A stretch of DNA of 64,000 nt, the filler included, from Bonamia ostreae (taxonomy: Eukaryota), in NCBI GenBank assembly GCA_040357525.1. It is 23 parts of 23 records of this genome, joined end to end, with 100 filler letters (N's around TTAATTAATTAA, not from the genome) between each part and the next. Parts side by side here need not be neighbours in the genome. Positions count along the whole stretch, not along the records: positions 50,366 to 53,025 come from JBDODL010000732.1; positions 53,126 to 55,785 come from JBDODL010000733.1; positions 55,886 to 58,543 come from JBDODL010000734.1; positions 58,644 to 61,298 come from JBDODL010000735.1; positions 61,399 to 64,000 come from JBDODL010000761.1; 18 more parts are not named here. One strand, 5' to 3'. The position numbers and the translations under genes are program-made. A model generated the notes under the pieces. It worked only from the letters and a program-made list of their open reading frames with translations, was not told the origin of the DNA and searched no databases. The number at the start of each line of letters is the position of its first letter. The first letter of the stretch is position 1. Of this stretch, positions 50,366 to 62,665 are shown piece after piece.

Positions 50366-53025
50366 AAGTCACCAATAAGGTGCTTTAATTGTCAACGGTA
50401 TGGACATTTCTCAAAACTTTGTCCAAACAATGCTCGTTGTTGTAAATGTGGAAAAGACCACAATACTATTGATTGTAAAGAAACAATAGTTAAATGTATA
50501 CATTGTGACAAAAACCACAAAGCAAATGATAAAATTTGTAAAAAATACATTGAAGAGAAAGCAAAATTCATTAAAAAAAATATTAAACGTGACTCACCGT
50601 TTTCGAATAACAGGTTCTATGGGTTGGAAGTACATAACCCAATAGAACCTGAAGATTCTGAAGTTAATAGTTTTGTTTTTGGTTACCCTAAACAAAAAGT
50701 AAAAAGTAAAAGGAACAATAATAAAAAACATAAACTGAATAATAATAATGAAAGTTTTCTTAATGTTGAAAATAGAATTAAAACAACTAAAAATTCTAAC
50801 AACATCACTAAAAATAACAACATTAAGCCTAAGAAAATAACTAAAAAAAATGTTATTTCAAAAAATGACAATAAAAGCTCGGAAATTTCCGAGTTAGTAA
50901 GTTGCATTAAAAACTTAACATTAGTATTTTCGAAAGGAATGTTAGAGTTACAAAACTCTTTAAATGTTATAATGGCGAGTTTAAACTCGCTAAGTGACGG
51001 AGAAAATCCCTCACTTACTTCGAATAAATTACTTAATAACGCGATGCGTTCATTTTGAGAATGTGTACATTTAATTGTCGCAGCCTGAAAAGGCTTATTG
51101 TTGATTTAGAAGTTTTGGTTCATGACTTTAAAATCGATGTCTTGTTCCTACAAGAAACATGGTTAAAAGAGAATGAAACAATAAAATTAGCCGGATTTAA
51201 AGGCTTCTTTAAAAATCGTGTCTCTTCATTGGGCGGGGGAGTCGCGATATTTGTTAGAGATGATTTTAAATTTTACAAAAGAGATTGTATCTTTTCAAAT
51301 ATTGAAGGTTTGGAAAGTGTAACAATCAATGGGACTATTAATTCTACTAATTTTGTTTTATGTTCTGTCTACATACCTCCTAGTAAAAAAGGTATAGAGT
51401 TGACAGATGTTAACATAGTAATCCCTGAAAATTTTATAATTGCAGGTGATTGGAATGTGGATAAAACCACATTAATTAATAACGTCAGACCTGGAAGATC
51501 GGCTTACGGTCAAAGATTTGACAATATAACAAGCCTGCTTGTTACTAATAAACTTAATATTGCTGCTAATGACACAGGTGTTTCATTGGTAACGGACAAA
51601 GGGAAAAAATCCAACCCTGATTTTTTTATTTGTTCTAATGCACAAAGATGTGTCCATTCTTTCACAGTCAACACAGTTAATGTATCGGATCACTTTCCAG
51701 TAGTATCCGATTTCGAAAACATTGTGACAAATGACCAAACAAAAATTTTTAACTTTCGCAAAGCTAACGTGAAAAATTACATAAAAAACTTAAATAAAAA
51801 CACGTTAAAGTCTAATTTGAACTCTAAAAACCCTGATACTTTGTATCATAAAATTGTTAAAATATTTTTAAGTAGTGCCAGTGAGAGCATTCCATTGAAA
51901 ATAAAAAACAAAAATAAAAAATGGAATAAACCCTGGTGGAATAAAGAACTCAGGGCCATACTCACTCAAAAAAATAAACTTTTGCGTAAAGTCAAAAAAG
52001 GCAACGTGGAAGTCTTACCAAAACTTAAATATATCCAAAAAGTCATAAAACAAAAAGTATTTGACTTAAAAACAAAATTTTTTGATAATTTAATTAAAAA
52101 CAAAACTGCGGATGATCTCCATAGATCAATGCGGTTCCTTTCCGACCAAAAAAAAAGTGACAAAGAAATTGTCATAAAAAAGGATAATTTGGTTTTCAAA
52201 AACCATAATGTTTTTAAACCAGTAAGTAATTATTTCGGCTGGAATCAAACTACACCCGAAAATATTGGGTCTGTAATTAAGCAATTTAATCCGATATTTT
52301 TTACAATTGATGACATATTATCTGTTATAAACAAATTAAATGTCAACAAGGCTCCTGGTTTGCAACAAATATGTCCTTGGTTTTTAAAAAACGGAGGATT
52401 AGTTGCTGCTAAATTATTATTTAAACTCTTTAGTGTTTGTTTAGATAATAATAAATTTCCGTTAGCATGGAATGAAGGAATAGTTGTGTTAATTAAAAAA
52501 ACGAATAACAGCTATTCAATTAACAATTATAGACCTATTACATTGTTACCAACTATCTCAAAAGTTTTCGAAAAAATTGTACTGATTAAGTTGTTAAAAT
52601 TTGAAAAATTTATGTCGATAATTCCCGATAACCAGTATGGTTTTATAAGCGGGTCTAGTACCCTACACCCTTTAACAATGCTCCATTCAAAAGCATTTAA
52701 AGGTTTAGCAAGAAAAAAATCGACAGTCGCGGCCTTTGTAGACTTATCCAAAGCCTATGATACTGTCGACAGAAACTTGCTAATAAAAAAACTAGCTAAT
52801 CTCAATCTTGCACGTGGTGTATTACTATTTTTAGAATTTTTTCTAAGCCACCGTTTTGTAAAGATTAGAAATAACGATCGTTTATCGAGCAAATATTTTT
52901 GTCCGTTGGGCCTACCACAAGGTAGCCCACTATCCCCGATGTTATTTAATTTTTACTCAGCTGATCTACTGAAATTAAAAAATATTTGTTCATTGGGTTA
53001 TGCCGATGACATTGTTTTATATGCT
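50366..53025 (+). mobile_element. Non-LTR retrotransposon (I/Jockey-like LINE): ORF1 with three CCHC knuckles (to 51058) and ORF2 APE-RT (from 51061), truncated at both contig ends
   Basis: 'RCFNCQRYGHFSKLC', 'CCKCGKDHNTIDC', 'CIHCDKNHKANDKIC'; APE 'TFNCRSL', 'FLQETWL', 'GGGVAIFV', 'AGDWN', 'SDHFP'; RT 'NYRPITLL', 'QYGF', 'DLSKAYDTV', 'GLPQGSPLSP', 'YADD'. Confidence 0.97.
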
Positions 53026-54299
53026 NNNNNNNNNNNNNNNNNNNNNNNNNNNNNNNNNNNNNNNNNNNNTTAATTAATTAANNNNNNNNNNNNNNNNNNN
53101 NNNNNNNNNNNNNNNNNNNNNNNNNATACCGAGAAAGGCTACTGACAAATAACGTAAGGTAATGTTACAGGGTTTCTTTAGTCTCGATCAAAGTCAGGGA
53201 ATATTATTAAATATTGATGAGGGATTGATTGTAGGGAATCTAAAATCATACTCCCTGTCGCGAACTTGAGTTCTTAGTTGTCATTATGTTCAATAAATAT
53301 GAAACAGTTGTAGAAGACTCTGTAGTGTAAGTCATAGTCAGGATGAACAATATACAACAAAATACTTCTTTAGATATAATGGGTTAACTTATAGAAGCAC
53401 ATTTTCACTGTGAATAGTCATATACGTCTTGAAAAAAAAAACCAATCAGAACTTAAACTTACCAAATTCAATTTCATATATTTTACTGCTTTCGCTATAT
53501 GTATTGATTGTGGGAATAGTAAGATATAAAACATTGCTAATCAATATTGAAAGTGTCAGGAATGCATGAACAGTGTTTGAATGTCCATGGGATGAAAAGG
53601 CATAGAGCACTAATTCAAATGTTTATTCTTTGATCACAGTAGACAAGTTGGGAAACATGGAAATCAACCAAAGTCATTCAGAACCCAGTATCGATAGCCA
53701 AAAGGACTTTAGAATGCAACAATTTCAAACGCATGATGCAAACGTTGAAACGACAACATCCTATTTAACTTGTGATACAAAAGCCGGTAAGATTGAAATA
53801 ATTGTACCAAATATACCACCTACATTTCACCTACGTTAGATCACAACCTCTCCATAATTGGAATTCATACATTTGCACGTACATTTCCAGACAAAAGCAA
53901 TGAAGTATTGGTATTCAAATCACAAACATATTGAAGTATATGCTTATAAGAATGTTATCATTGCAGATAAATAAACAACGAAAAAGTGTCAATGGCATTG
54001 TTTTTTTTATTTCAGAATACAGTGATAAAGGAAGAAATAGATTATATTCAGGTTGGTGCACGCTGTCGACTTGGGTGTTCGAACAAGCACATCTAGTCAG
54101 TTTGAATACTTTAGAGCGTACATATGTAGATAATAAATAATTTTTATGTCTAGTGATCCGTGCGAAGCGTGATATTAGAGAAATTCGATTGGTATACATA
54201 CAGATATTGATTGTTATTGGAACATTAACATTTGATATAACAATGATTATGTAATTCTTATCGTGAAATTGAATGGCCCACATTGCTGTTATTTTAAGA

Positions 54300-55400
54300 A
54301 TTCTGCTAAAACATTTCGCATATTGATTGCGTCGATCTGATTAATAATTGTAAAAAAAAAATTGAAGGGCAATATATATCCCAACTGATTCGATACACGG
54401 GGACATGTTTTGCGTATGACATAAAACGAACACCTTTGAAGACTTTCCTCCCATCTGGGCAATCCAAGGCGAGCATTGCGGTTTTGTAGAGTAGCGTTTT
54501 GTGATTATGATAGTTTCATAATAGATGGAGTCAGGGACTATTTGCTTTTCTTTAAAAAAGGAATTGCCGTAAGGCAGGTGGGTGATGCAGATGCCATGAG
54601 TGCAACATTGAATGAACAGAATAAGGTTGTTACTCCGGGATAGTATTGTTTTTTGTTGCTCCTAATATTGGAATGGTTGATTGTCCGTTGTATGAAGGAA
54701 ATGGTCTGTGAGGCTTAGAATTTCAGTGTCTTGAAGAGGAGGATTGGCTGTGGATATGATGAAATTGATATCTTAAGTGTAACTTAGAGGTGGGAAGGCA
54801 CCCCTGTGTACAAGAAGTCTCCATTGGAATGATACAGTAAGGGTCGTTGTGAATAATTTGCATATTTATTATCTATGATTCTTTGTATTTGATGGATGAA
54901 GGACTTTAAAATGTGTGATAATGAAAGCTGATTATATAGGAATGATAGAAATGTTCCTTTTGCAAGACCACGAATTCCTTGTTTGATATGCTTTAGTTCT
55001 TTTTCAAGATGTGCTGAAACATTAATTTAGGTGATAATCATTTGAATGAAGAAGGTACATTCATGTTCAAGGGCATCAATAGAATGATTAGAAAGGTTAT
55101 TTAAAGCGACTTCATATAGTTTTGTTGGATGGCATCCATCACATTGTTGAAGCGACCTTCCACCATTGAAATAGATGAACAGAAGTGTTTGTCATGTATG
55201 GTAATGACTTTGGCTAGTTTGGCATCGTTGTTATTGAGAACTTGCATATGTGTATTCAAAGTATTTATGTCAGAAGAGGTGGCAGGGCCGAAAAGAGATT
55301 TTGATATCTGTCTCACGATGATCATTTTCCGTGATTTCAGTGTTTAGATGTCCATGTCATGAAATGATGAATAATTCTAATTTGTACGTACATGTATATT
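54300..55400 (-). pseudogene. Decayed env/fusion-glycoprotein-like gene of a Gypsy-type retroelement
   Basis: 'KSLFGPATSSDINTLNTHMQVL...' (LFG.AT..D fusion-peptide/heptad pattern), then stop-interrupted 'KHIKQGIRGLAKG', 'LYHSNGDFLY', 'VTLKISIS'. Confidence 0.55.
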
Positions 55401-55930
55401 CCTAGATCAATTTGTAAAGGTTGAGAACCCTGAAAATAGAGACATGCATAAAAGTCATTTAGAGGGCAGTATAGCTGATATAAACGAGTTAGAGAAGCAA
55501 TCATTTCAAACGCTTAAAGCAGAAGCAGAAAAGCCATTACCACCTTCGGATATAGAATCCGGTAAGTTTAAAACATCAACATCAATTGGTACCACTATCT
55601 ATTGTATCTATTGAGTTACGATCTACACATGTTTCCTGGATTAAACACATGTATTTGACATTAAATGAATCTTTGTAACTTAGATGATAGCAGTTTAGTT
55701 GAGGTATTCATATGACATCTCAATGAAAACGTATGTCTCAAACTACAAGTTTATAGTTTTATTACATACCCATCAATAATCCGTGNNNNNNNNNNNNNNN
55801 NNNNNNNNNNNNNNNNNNNNNNNNNNNNNTTAATTAATTAANNNNNNNNNNNNNNNNNNNNNNNNNNNNNNNNNNNNNNNNNNNNCATAAATCGACAAAC
55901 TAAAATCCAAATTTGACTTTGCACAAAATT

Positions 55931-56384
55931 TTAAAATTTATGATAATTATGAAGTACATTTGTCTCCATCACTTTAATTGGCCTATTGTTCATTTCCTCT
56001 TCTATTTCGGGATTGTTAAAATGGTTCCAAAGAACCATCGCAACGAATTCGAACTTTGGCATCGCTTTTAATATTTTCGGTGCTCGTTTTACCAAATCGC
56101 TTACGCCGGTTGCTTGGAGCATTTGATCCTTCTGTACCCGGGGCATATTCGAGAAAGCTGTTTTTGTTTTTGTGGTCAAAATTATTAAATTTACTCTCTG
56201 AATATTTTTTTATATTTTGTGCGATTTCTGGGGATTTGCTCGATAGCAATTTGATTTGCTTTTTGACTATTTCGTCAAAATTAGCTTTTTTGGCTAAATA
56301 TCTTTTGCTAAAATTGTTTATTGCATCAAAAGCGCAATTTGAATATGCAGCTTTGGCGACATTCAATTTTGCGTATTTGAGCAT
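55931..56384 (-). CDS. Hypothetical protein with a possible mitochondrial presequence, spliced, 3'-truncated
   Basis: Two ORFs joinable by a GTAAAT..CAG intron; Ala/Lys-rich N-terminus. Confidence 0.45.
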
Positions 56385-56556
56385 TTTATACGAAAAACTG
56401 ATAATTAACAATTTTTAGCTATTTAAATGTAAAATTTTTAGTTTAAAATGGTTCCAAAACTCACAATGATTTCAAAAACTGAAATCAAAACATTTTTAGT
56501 CAAAAAAAATTCTTTATTAATTTTATGAATAATTAAAGCTCGCTTTATAATTAAAT

Positions 56557-57354
56557 ATGTCCGAAGCATTTATGATATCATTTTGTTTTCTTTTACAGAT
56601 GATATCATCGGATAGACTCGATTTTATAACATTCACTTCTTTTGTCTCCCCAAAAACGGTATCAATAGAATTCGAGCCGTTGTCCCCGTTAATATTGCAC
56701 AATTTTACTTTATTGTTGCACAAACCAATTCCCCCCAAAATAAGAAGGTTCGTTGAATGTGTTGCGACCCTCAAATTTTCAAAAGAAAACGTTGTTGTCA
56801 CAACGCGTTTTGATTTATGTCAAACCAATTCAACCCCTTTGTCGCGGCTTCAATTTTTTGAAGGCTATGTAACAAGACCAAGATACAGATATGTCATAGA
56901 AATAATTAAAGCGACGGATATTCCGGTTTACATTGGAAAAAGCCGTTTTAATTTGACAGACTTTGCGGTTTTTGAGAATTTTGTTGAAGATGTTGACGGA
57001 TTTAAAGTGCACTCGAAATCAAATTTTTCTTCAGAAATTTTTGGCTTTTCAATTAAGTTCAAAAAGATCGAAGAAAATATCGTAAAATGGGAGAAATGGA
57101 GAAAAAACAATATTGGAAATGTTGTCAAGAACAACGGGAAAATGTCCAAAAACGATTTTAAAAATTTTCCTATAAAGTATTTCAATTTCAACAACGTTAT
57201 TTTTGAAAACAAAATCGCTTTGGGGCGAAAAATAAATGGAGACAGAGAGCAATTTTGTTTCGTTGGAATTTTCTTGTTATGCGCAATTTTTGCAATTTTA
57301 ATTTTGATTCCAGTCGATATTTTGTTGTTGTGCAAAATTTTGAAAATTAAATAA
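56557..57354 (+). CDS. Orphan protein with predicted signal peptide and C-terminal TM
   Basis: 265-codon ORF; hydrophobic N-terminus and 'FCFVGIFLLCAIFAILILIPV' near the end. Confidence 0.6.
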   Translation: MSEAFMISFCFLLQMISSDRLDFITFTSFVSPKTVSIEFEPLSPLILHNFTLLLHKPIPPKIRRFVECVATLKFSKENVVVTTRFDLCQTNSTPLSRLQFFEGYVTRPRYRYVIEIIKATDIPVYIGKSRFNLTDFAVFENFVEDVDGFKVHSKSNFSSEIFGFSIKFKKIEENIVKWEKWRKNNIGNVVKNNGKMSKNDFKNFPIKYFNFNNVIFENKIALGRKINGDREQFCFVGIFLLCAIFAILILIPVDILLLCKILKIK

Positions 57355-57447
57355 CCAAAATTTAATTTAAATAATTTTACAAATTTGCAAAATTTCTAAA
57401 AAATGGCTTGAAATTAAATTGAATAAATTAAATTGCTAAATTTTAAA

Positions 57448-58238
57448 ATGTTTAATAATTTTATGGCGTTGCGACGATTTTCCGTAATGCAATTTAAGCG
57501 TCTTAAAATTGTCGACAAAACTTTATTCGATTTAATCCGCGATGAAGAAAAAAGACAAACGGAAACATTAAACTTAATTGCTTCCGAAGTTAATAAAGAA
57601 AATAATTTACAAATTAACAATTTTAAAAAACCGATAAAATTTTGCAAAATGATTTATAAATTAGTCGTCGTAAATATTTAAAATCGTCGTTTTTCGATTA
57701 AAACGATTTTGACAAAATTTTTTCAAAACGAAAAATAAATATTTAAAATCGTCGTATTCTATTAAAAAACGATTTTGACAAAATTTTTTCAAAACGAAAA
57801 ATAAATATTTAAAATCGTCGTTTTCTATTAAAAAATGATTTTGATAAAACTAAAATTGGACAAAATTTTTCAAAATGAAAAATGAATATTTAAAATCGTC
57901 GTTTTTCGATTAAATCTCATGAAATGCAAAAAATTTCGCAAATTGTATAAAAATAGAACTTCGCTTCTTCAGCAGTTCTAGAAACATTGGGATCGTGTCT
58001 CACAAACAAATACTCTGAAGGATATCCAGGAGCACGTTATTATGGCGGAAACCATTTCATCGACAAAATCGAAACAGTTTGCCAAAAAAGAGCTTTGGAA
58101 ACTTTTAATTTGGATCCGAAAGAATGGGGCGTTAATGTGCAATCTTATTCTGGTTCTATCGCCAATTTGGCTATTTTTTCAGCCATTTTGGAGCCGCATG
58201 AGAAAGTAATGGGGTTGGACCTTTCGTGCGGGGGACAG
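57448..58238 (+). CDS. SHMT: Serine hydroxymethyltransferase, 5' part
   Basis: '[19 protein letters not shown]...[22 protein letters not shown]', '[14 protein letters not shown]', 'MGLDLSCGG'. Confidence 0.97.
57675..57910. repeat. Intronic tandem repeat, ~65-nt unit (SHMT intron 1)
   Basis: Repeated 'aaatatttaaaatcgtcgt...acgattttgacaaaattttttcaaaacgaaaaat'. Confidence 0.88.
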
Positions 58239-58274
58239 TTTTTGTTGTAACAATCTTATTATTTCATTGTTTCT

Positions 58275-58543
58275 GTTTTAAAGCAATTTCAAATTTCTAA
58301 ATTTCCATTTTGCCATTTTAAGCAATTTCAAATTTCTAAATTTACATTTTGCCATTTTAAAGCAATTTCAAATTTCTAAATTTCCATTTTGCCATTTTAA
58401 AGCAATTTTCAAATTTCTAAATTTCCATTTTGCCATTTTAAAGCAATTTTCAAATTTCTAAATTTCCATTTTGCCATTTTAAGCAATTTTTCTAAATTTA
58501 CATTTTGCCATTTTAAAGCAATTTCAAATTTCTAAATTTCCAT
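58275..58543. repeat. Intronic minisatellite, ~40-nt unit (SHMT intron 2), running to the contig end
   Basis: Repeated 'aagcaatttcaaatttctaaatttccattttgccatttta'. Confidence 0.95.
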
Positions 58544-58702
58544 NNNNNNNNNNNNNNNNNNNNNNNNNNNNNNNNNNNNNNNNNNNNTTAATTAATTAAN
58601 NNNNNNNNNNNNNNNNNNNNNNNNNNNNNNNNNNNNNNNNNNNTTTTATTGTTGTTAGCGCCATACTTGTCTTGAGCCCCCAAAATTCCAAATTAAAAAA
58701 AT

Positions 58703-61283
58703 TTACTTGAAGCCCCCTTTCATTATGACATCAATAATCATTTTCGGAGACGTAAAAACAATTTTGTCGACATTCATTTTTTTCGAGATAAGCTCGTTTT
58801 TGATTTCATCTTCAAACATTGGAGACTCTGAGATAACATGTGTCGGCAGAAAACATCCATCAAATTTGTTGCAAAAACAATCGACTCCGCCGGCAACAAA
58901 AACACTTTTCAGATCGTTAAAAGTTTTCCCGCTTTTCTCTTTGTAATAGAGCACTTTTATTCCTGAAAACATTGGTTTCTCCAAAGAACGAGCTTTTTGA
59001 ACCGCTTTATAAACAACTTAAAAAATTTGTTAAAAACTGTTCGCAAATTTTGTGCACTTTTTTGTTGTTCCGCATTGAAATTCTTTTTCGTCCAAAAATT
59101 TGTTGTTTTTGGCTGAAAAGAGAATGTAATTTACATTTAATATCCTTTTTTGGTGTTTCAATTTTATCGTTTAAGTTTTTAAAATCAAAAACCAAATCCC
59201 TCTAACAATAGCAGTGATCACTTTAATAGAACGACTGACATTTCCACAAATTAAGTGTGAACACTTTTCTTTCTAAAATTAACAAAATAAACTGCTTCGT
59301 CATTATAAACGTCCTCAACTACAGTTCCGCCCAAACTTTCAATTTCTTAAAAAAGTAACAAAGTAAAACTGTCTCCCAAAAGATCCTTAAAATTTTGAGA
59401 CAATCCGCTCAAAACAAATATTTTCCGGCAAACATTTTTTTTGTTTTTAAAGCCTTTTTCGCTTACTTTCGATTTTTTGGATGTCGAATTGTCATTATTG
59501 AAAGTTGAAATGTTTTTGTTGAATTCTCCAAAATCGCTTTTCTTCTCTGACACATTCTTTTTCAACAAATATCTAAATCTTTGTTAAGTAAACTTTTCTG
59601 TTCCAATTTCCCTTTTCTGCCGATAACATTGCGACAACCATTCAAAAGAAACAATGTCAACCATATCAATATCCAACTTTGCTTTGTTTAAGGCATTCGA
59701 AAATTCCTCCGAACCGCAGACGATGTGAGTCAGTTCTTCGGTTATCAAAGGCAATCTTGTAGCCCCCGATGCTCTTATTATTTGCACACTTTTCCTAAAA
59801 TCTTCGTCATTAAGACCAGTCAGAAAAACGCAAATTGAACTCAAATAATCTCCGTTTTCATCATCAAATTCTATTTTTTCCTCATTTTTGTTAAAAAAGT
59901 CTTCATCTTTGTTGAAAGCGTTTTCTCTTTTGTTTGAAGAAAGCGGAGCGACATCTTGAGAATAAAAATCCAATTCTTTTTGACCGTTTTGATTTTGTCG
60001 ATGGCAAGAACCTTTGGCGTTCTTTTTCTGAACGATGATATCAATTTCGTTTTGCGAGTGCACAAAGCGTTTTTTAAATTTCCTTTTATCGGTCAAATTT
60101 TCCGATTTTTCGTCTTCTGGAAACGTTTTTGAAAGTTTTGAAGACGACAAAGATTTTTTATTGTTTTCGTTTTCGCAATTTTCCGGAAATTGCTTTTTAA
60201 TGTGCTCGCAAAGCAATTTCATTTTCTCTTTTTTTCGTTTTCGATTTTTTTCTATTTTCAGAATTGGCGAGTTTTCTACGATTTGGAAATTGTCGATTTC
60301 CAAAATTTTCATTTCCTTTTTTGACAAGTTTCCTTTGCTTTGAAGGAAGCAATCGATGTAATTTGGGTGCATTGTTTTGATTCCATTTGATTTTGCGAAT
60401 TGATATTTCCGTCCTTCTGGTTTTTTCGATAACAACAAAGTGCATTTTTTGTTGAGCGGACCAGAATATTTTCCACCTTTTTCGATGATCGTTCGTTTTA
60501 TTTTGTTTCTTTCGACTTTTAATTTTTTTGAAAACTTTCGCTCAAACCAGTAACGCTGACAATTTGTCCAAAAAATGGCGGTTTGAATTCGTATATTTTC
60601 GTGTTTACGATTTCACAGGATTGGAAACATCTTCCAATCCATTCTTTCTCAAGTACTTTGGCCGTTAGTTTTTTTGGTTTCTTTGAAGAATAGTGGAAAG
60701 ATAGATCGCTGATAATGTAATCAACTTTTTTGGTATTTTTAATGTCAAAATCGGTTATCAAAATGGCTCCGAGCGAATTGGCAAAACTTTTCATGTGAAT
60801 GGAATTATCAAAAGACGGGAAATATCCAATTTTGACGTTTTTGAGCAAATTCTTCCTTTCTTCGACCATTTTTTCTATTTCAGAAAATATTTTGCAGTTT
60901 TTTAAATTTGATGTTTTTGACAGAAAATGTTTATCGCCTTTTTTAAAATTTTAATTTTTTTTGTAAAAAAATTAAAATTTACTATTAAAAAGCGAAAATT
61001 TGCTATTAAAATTAGTTAAAAATTTGATTTTTCAGGAAAAATAAAAATTTGCAAATTTGCATAATTAACAAAAATAATGACCCACAACATAATCAGTTTT
61101 GAGCATCGACAAATCCAGATATTGCAAAAATTCCCAATTTAGTACAAACAAACAATTTTTGGAAAATGTGGATTCGATCGTGTCAACGTCCAAAGGAACT
61201 TTGACAATCTGGATTTTTGGGAAAAGGGCTGAAATTTTAAGATAAAGTGTTTCGGAAAAACATGCAATTGTGTTTACAGGCAT
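58703..61283 (-). CDS. Multi-BRCT protein, TopBP1/Rad4/Dpb11-like
   Basis: 'PPFFGQIVSVTGL', 'GGKYSGPLNKKCTLLL..KPEGRKYQFAK', 'YLSSICVFLTGL...IIRASGATRL...LTHIVCG...VSFEWLSQC'. Confidence 0.8.
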
Positions 61284-61974
61284 TTTGAGAATTTTAATNN
61301 NNNNNNNNNNNNNNNNNNNNNNNNNNNNNNNNNNNNNNNNNNTTAATTAATTAANNNNNNNNNNNNNNNNNNNNNNNNNNNNNNNNNNNNNNNNNNNNTT
61401 TTGTTATTACAATAAAATGCGTTTTCGAAAAATTAAAAAACTTCAAAATTTGCCAGAATATTTTCCAAATTATCCGCAAAATCGGAAAAAACGGGTTGTT
61501 TACTTAAAATGTCATCGACCTCATTACTTTGACCATAAGATTTCGCAATAATATCATCAATAGAAGAAAATTCATCTAATTTTATTTTAATCTAAACGGT
61601 CGATATTTTTGTCGTTGTCTTCTACAACTGGAGTTTTCAATAAAATGGCGTAGTCGTTAAGTCTTTTTTATTCAGAAAAAAACTTTTTCGAAAAATGTTC
61701 GGCAAACAATATCGCGTTGTCTAAAAGCGAAATGACATCTTCCATTTCGTATTTACACTACAAATTTAGACAATTCTTATTATACACAACATCGCTATAC
61801 CAAAATTTTAGATCTCTCAACAACTGCAAAATTTTTGATTATAATCACATTCTCCAATCCAACAACAAAAAACATGAAATGCTCGTCAAAATTATAAAAA
61901 GATCTTTCCAAAAATAGCTTTGCAAATTATATAGAAAAGGCTTAAAATCATGTAACAAAAATAGTCGAATGAGT

Positions 61975-62587
61975 TTAATATCCTTCAGGGAAAGAAAACT
62001 CAGTCTTGCGATTTGTTAACTTCCTATACACCGCCGAAAAAACGGGCAATTTTTCTTCGACCGAATCTTTAAAACGGGCTTCGAGATGCACTCTGAAAAG
62101 TCTCGTCTGGTCCATCTTCATACAGGTCCTTCTCCCCGCTATTTGGGAAGGATAAATCAGGTCTTCGAGCATTTTGTCGTAAACGTTCGTCAGAGCTCTG
62201 TTGCGGGGTCTGTTTTGGTTGCCCTTGTAGCGTTTGTTCTAAAAGTGATCGCTTAAAAACGTTCACGGAAAGAATGCGCCTGAAAGGGAACAGGAAAACG
62301 TAGTAGCTCTCCATCTTGCGCTCGATGAGCGAAGTGAGCTTGGACTGCATTTTCCGGACTTTTGTGTTAAGCACGTAAGGGTAGAAAATGACAAGCGCTT
62401 TTTTGGGGTTGTTTTGGATATCGATCTCCCGGGTGCTGATTATCTGGAACCGGAAGAGATCGATATCTTTGTTTTCCCTTTCGATGTCGATCAGCGCCTG
62501 CGCGACAGTTTGGTCAAGCTGCGTGGGCGAGTCGATGGATTTGTATAGTTTTCCTTTTATGTGCGCTTCTAACTTTTCGTTCGCCAT
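61975..62587 (-). CDS. RPS7: 40S ribosomal protein S7 (eS7); 28-nt intron
   Basis: 'KKALVIFYP', 'RRILS|NKRYKGNQNRPRNRALTNVYDKMLEDLIYPSQIAGRR', 'VYRKLTNRKTEFSFP'. Confidence 0.95.
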
Positions 62588-62665
62588 TTACCCTAAACTG
62601 ATATACTAAATATGTTAAAAATTAGCAAATCGTCTATTACGCGAAGACATAGTAAACGTGCTTTC

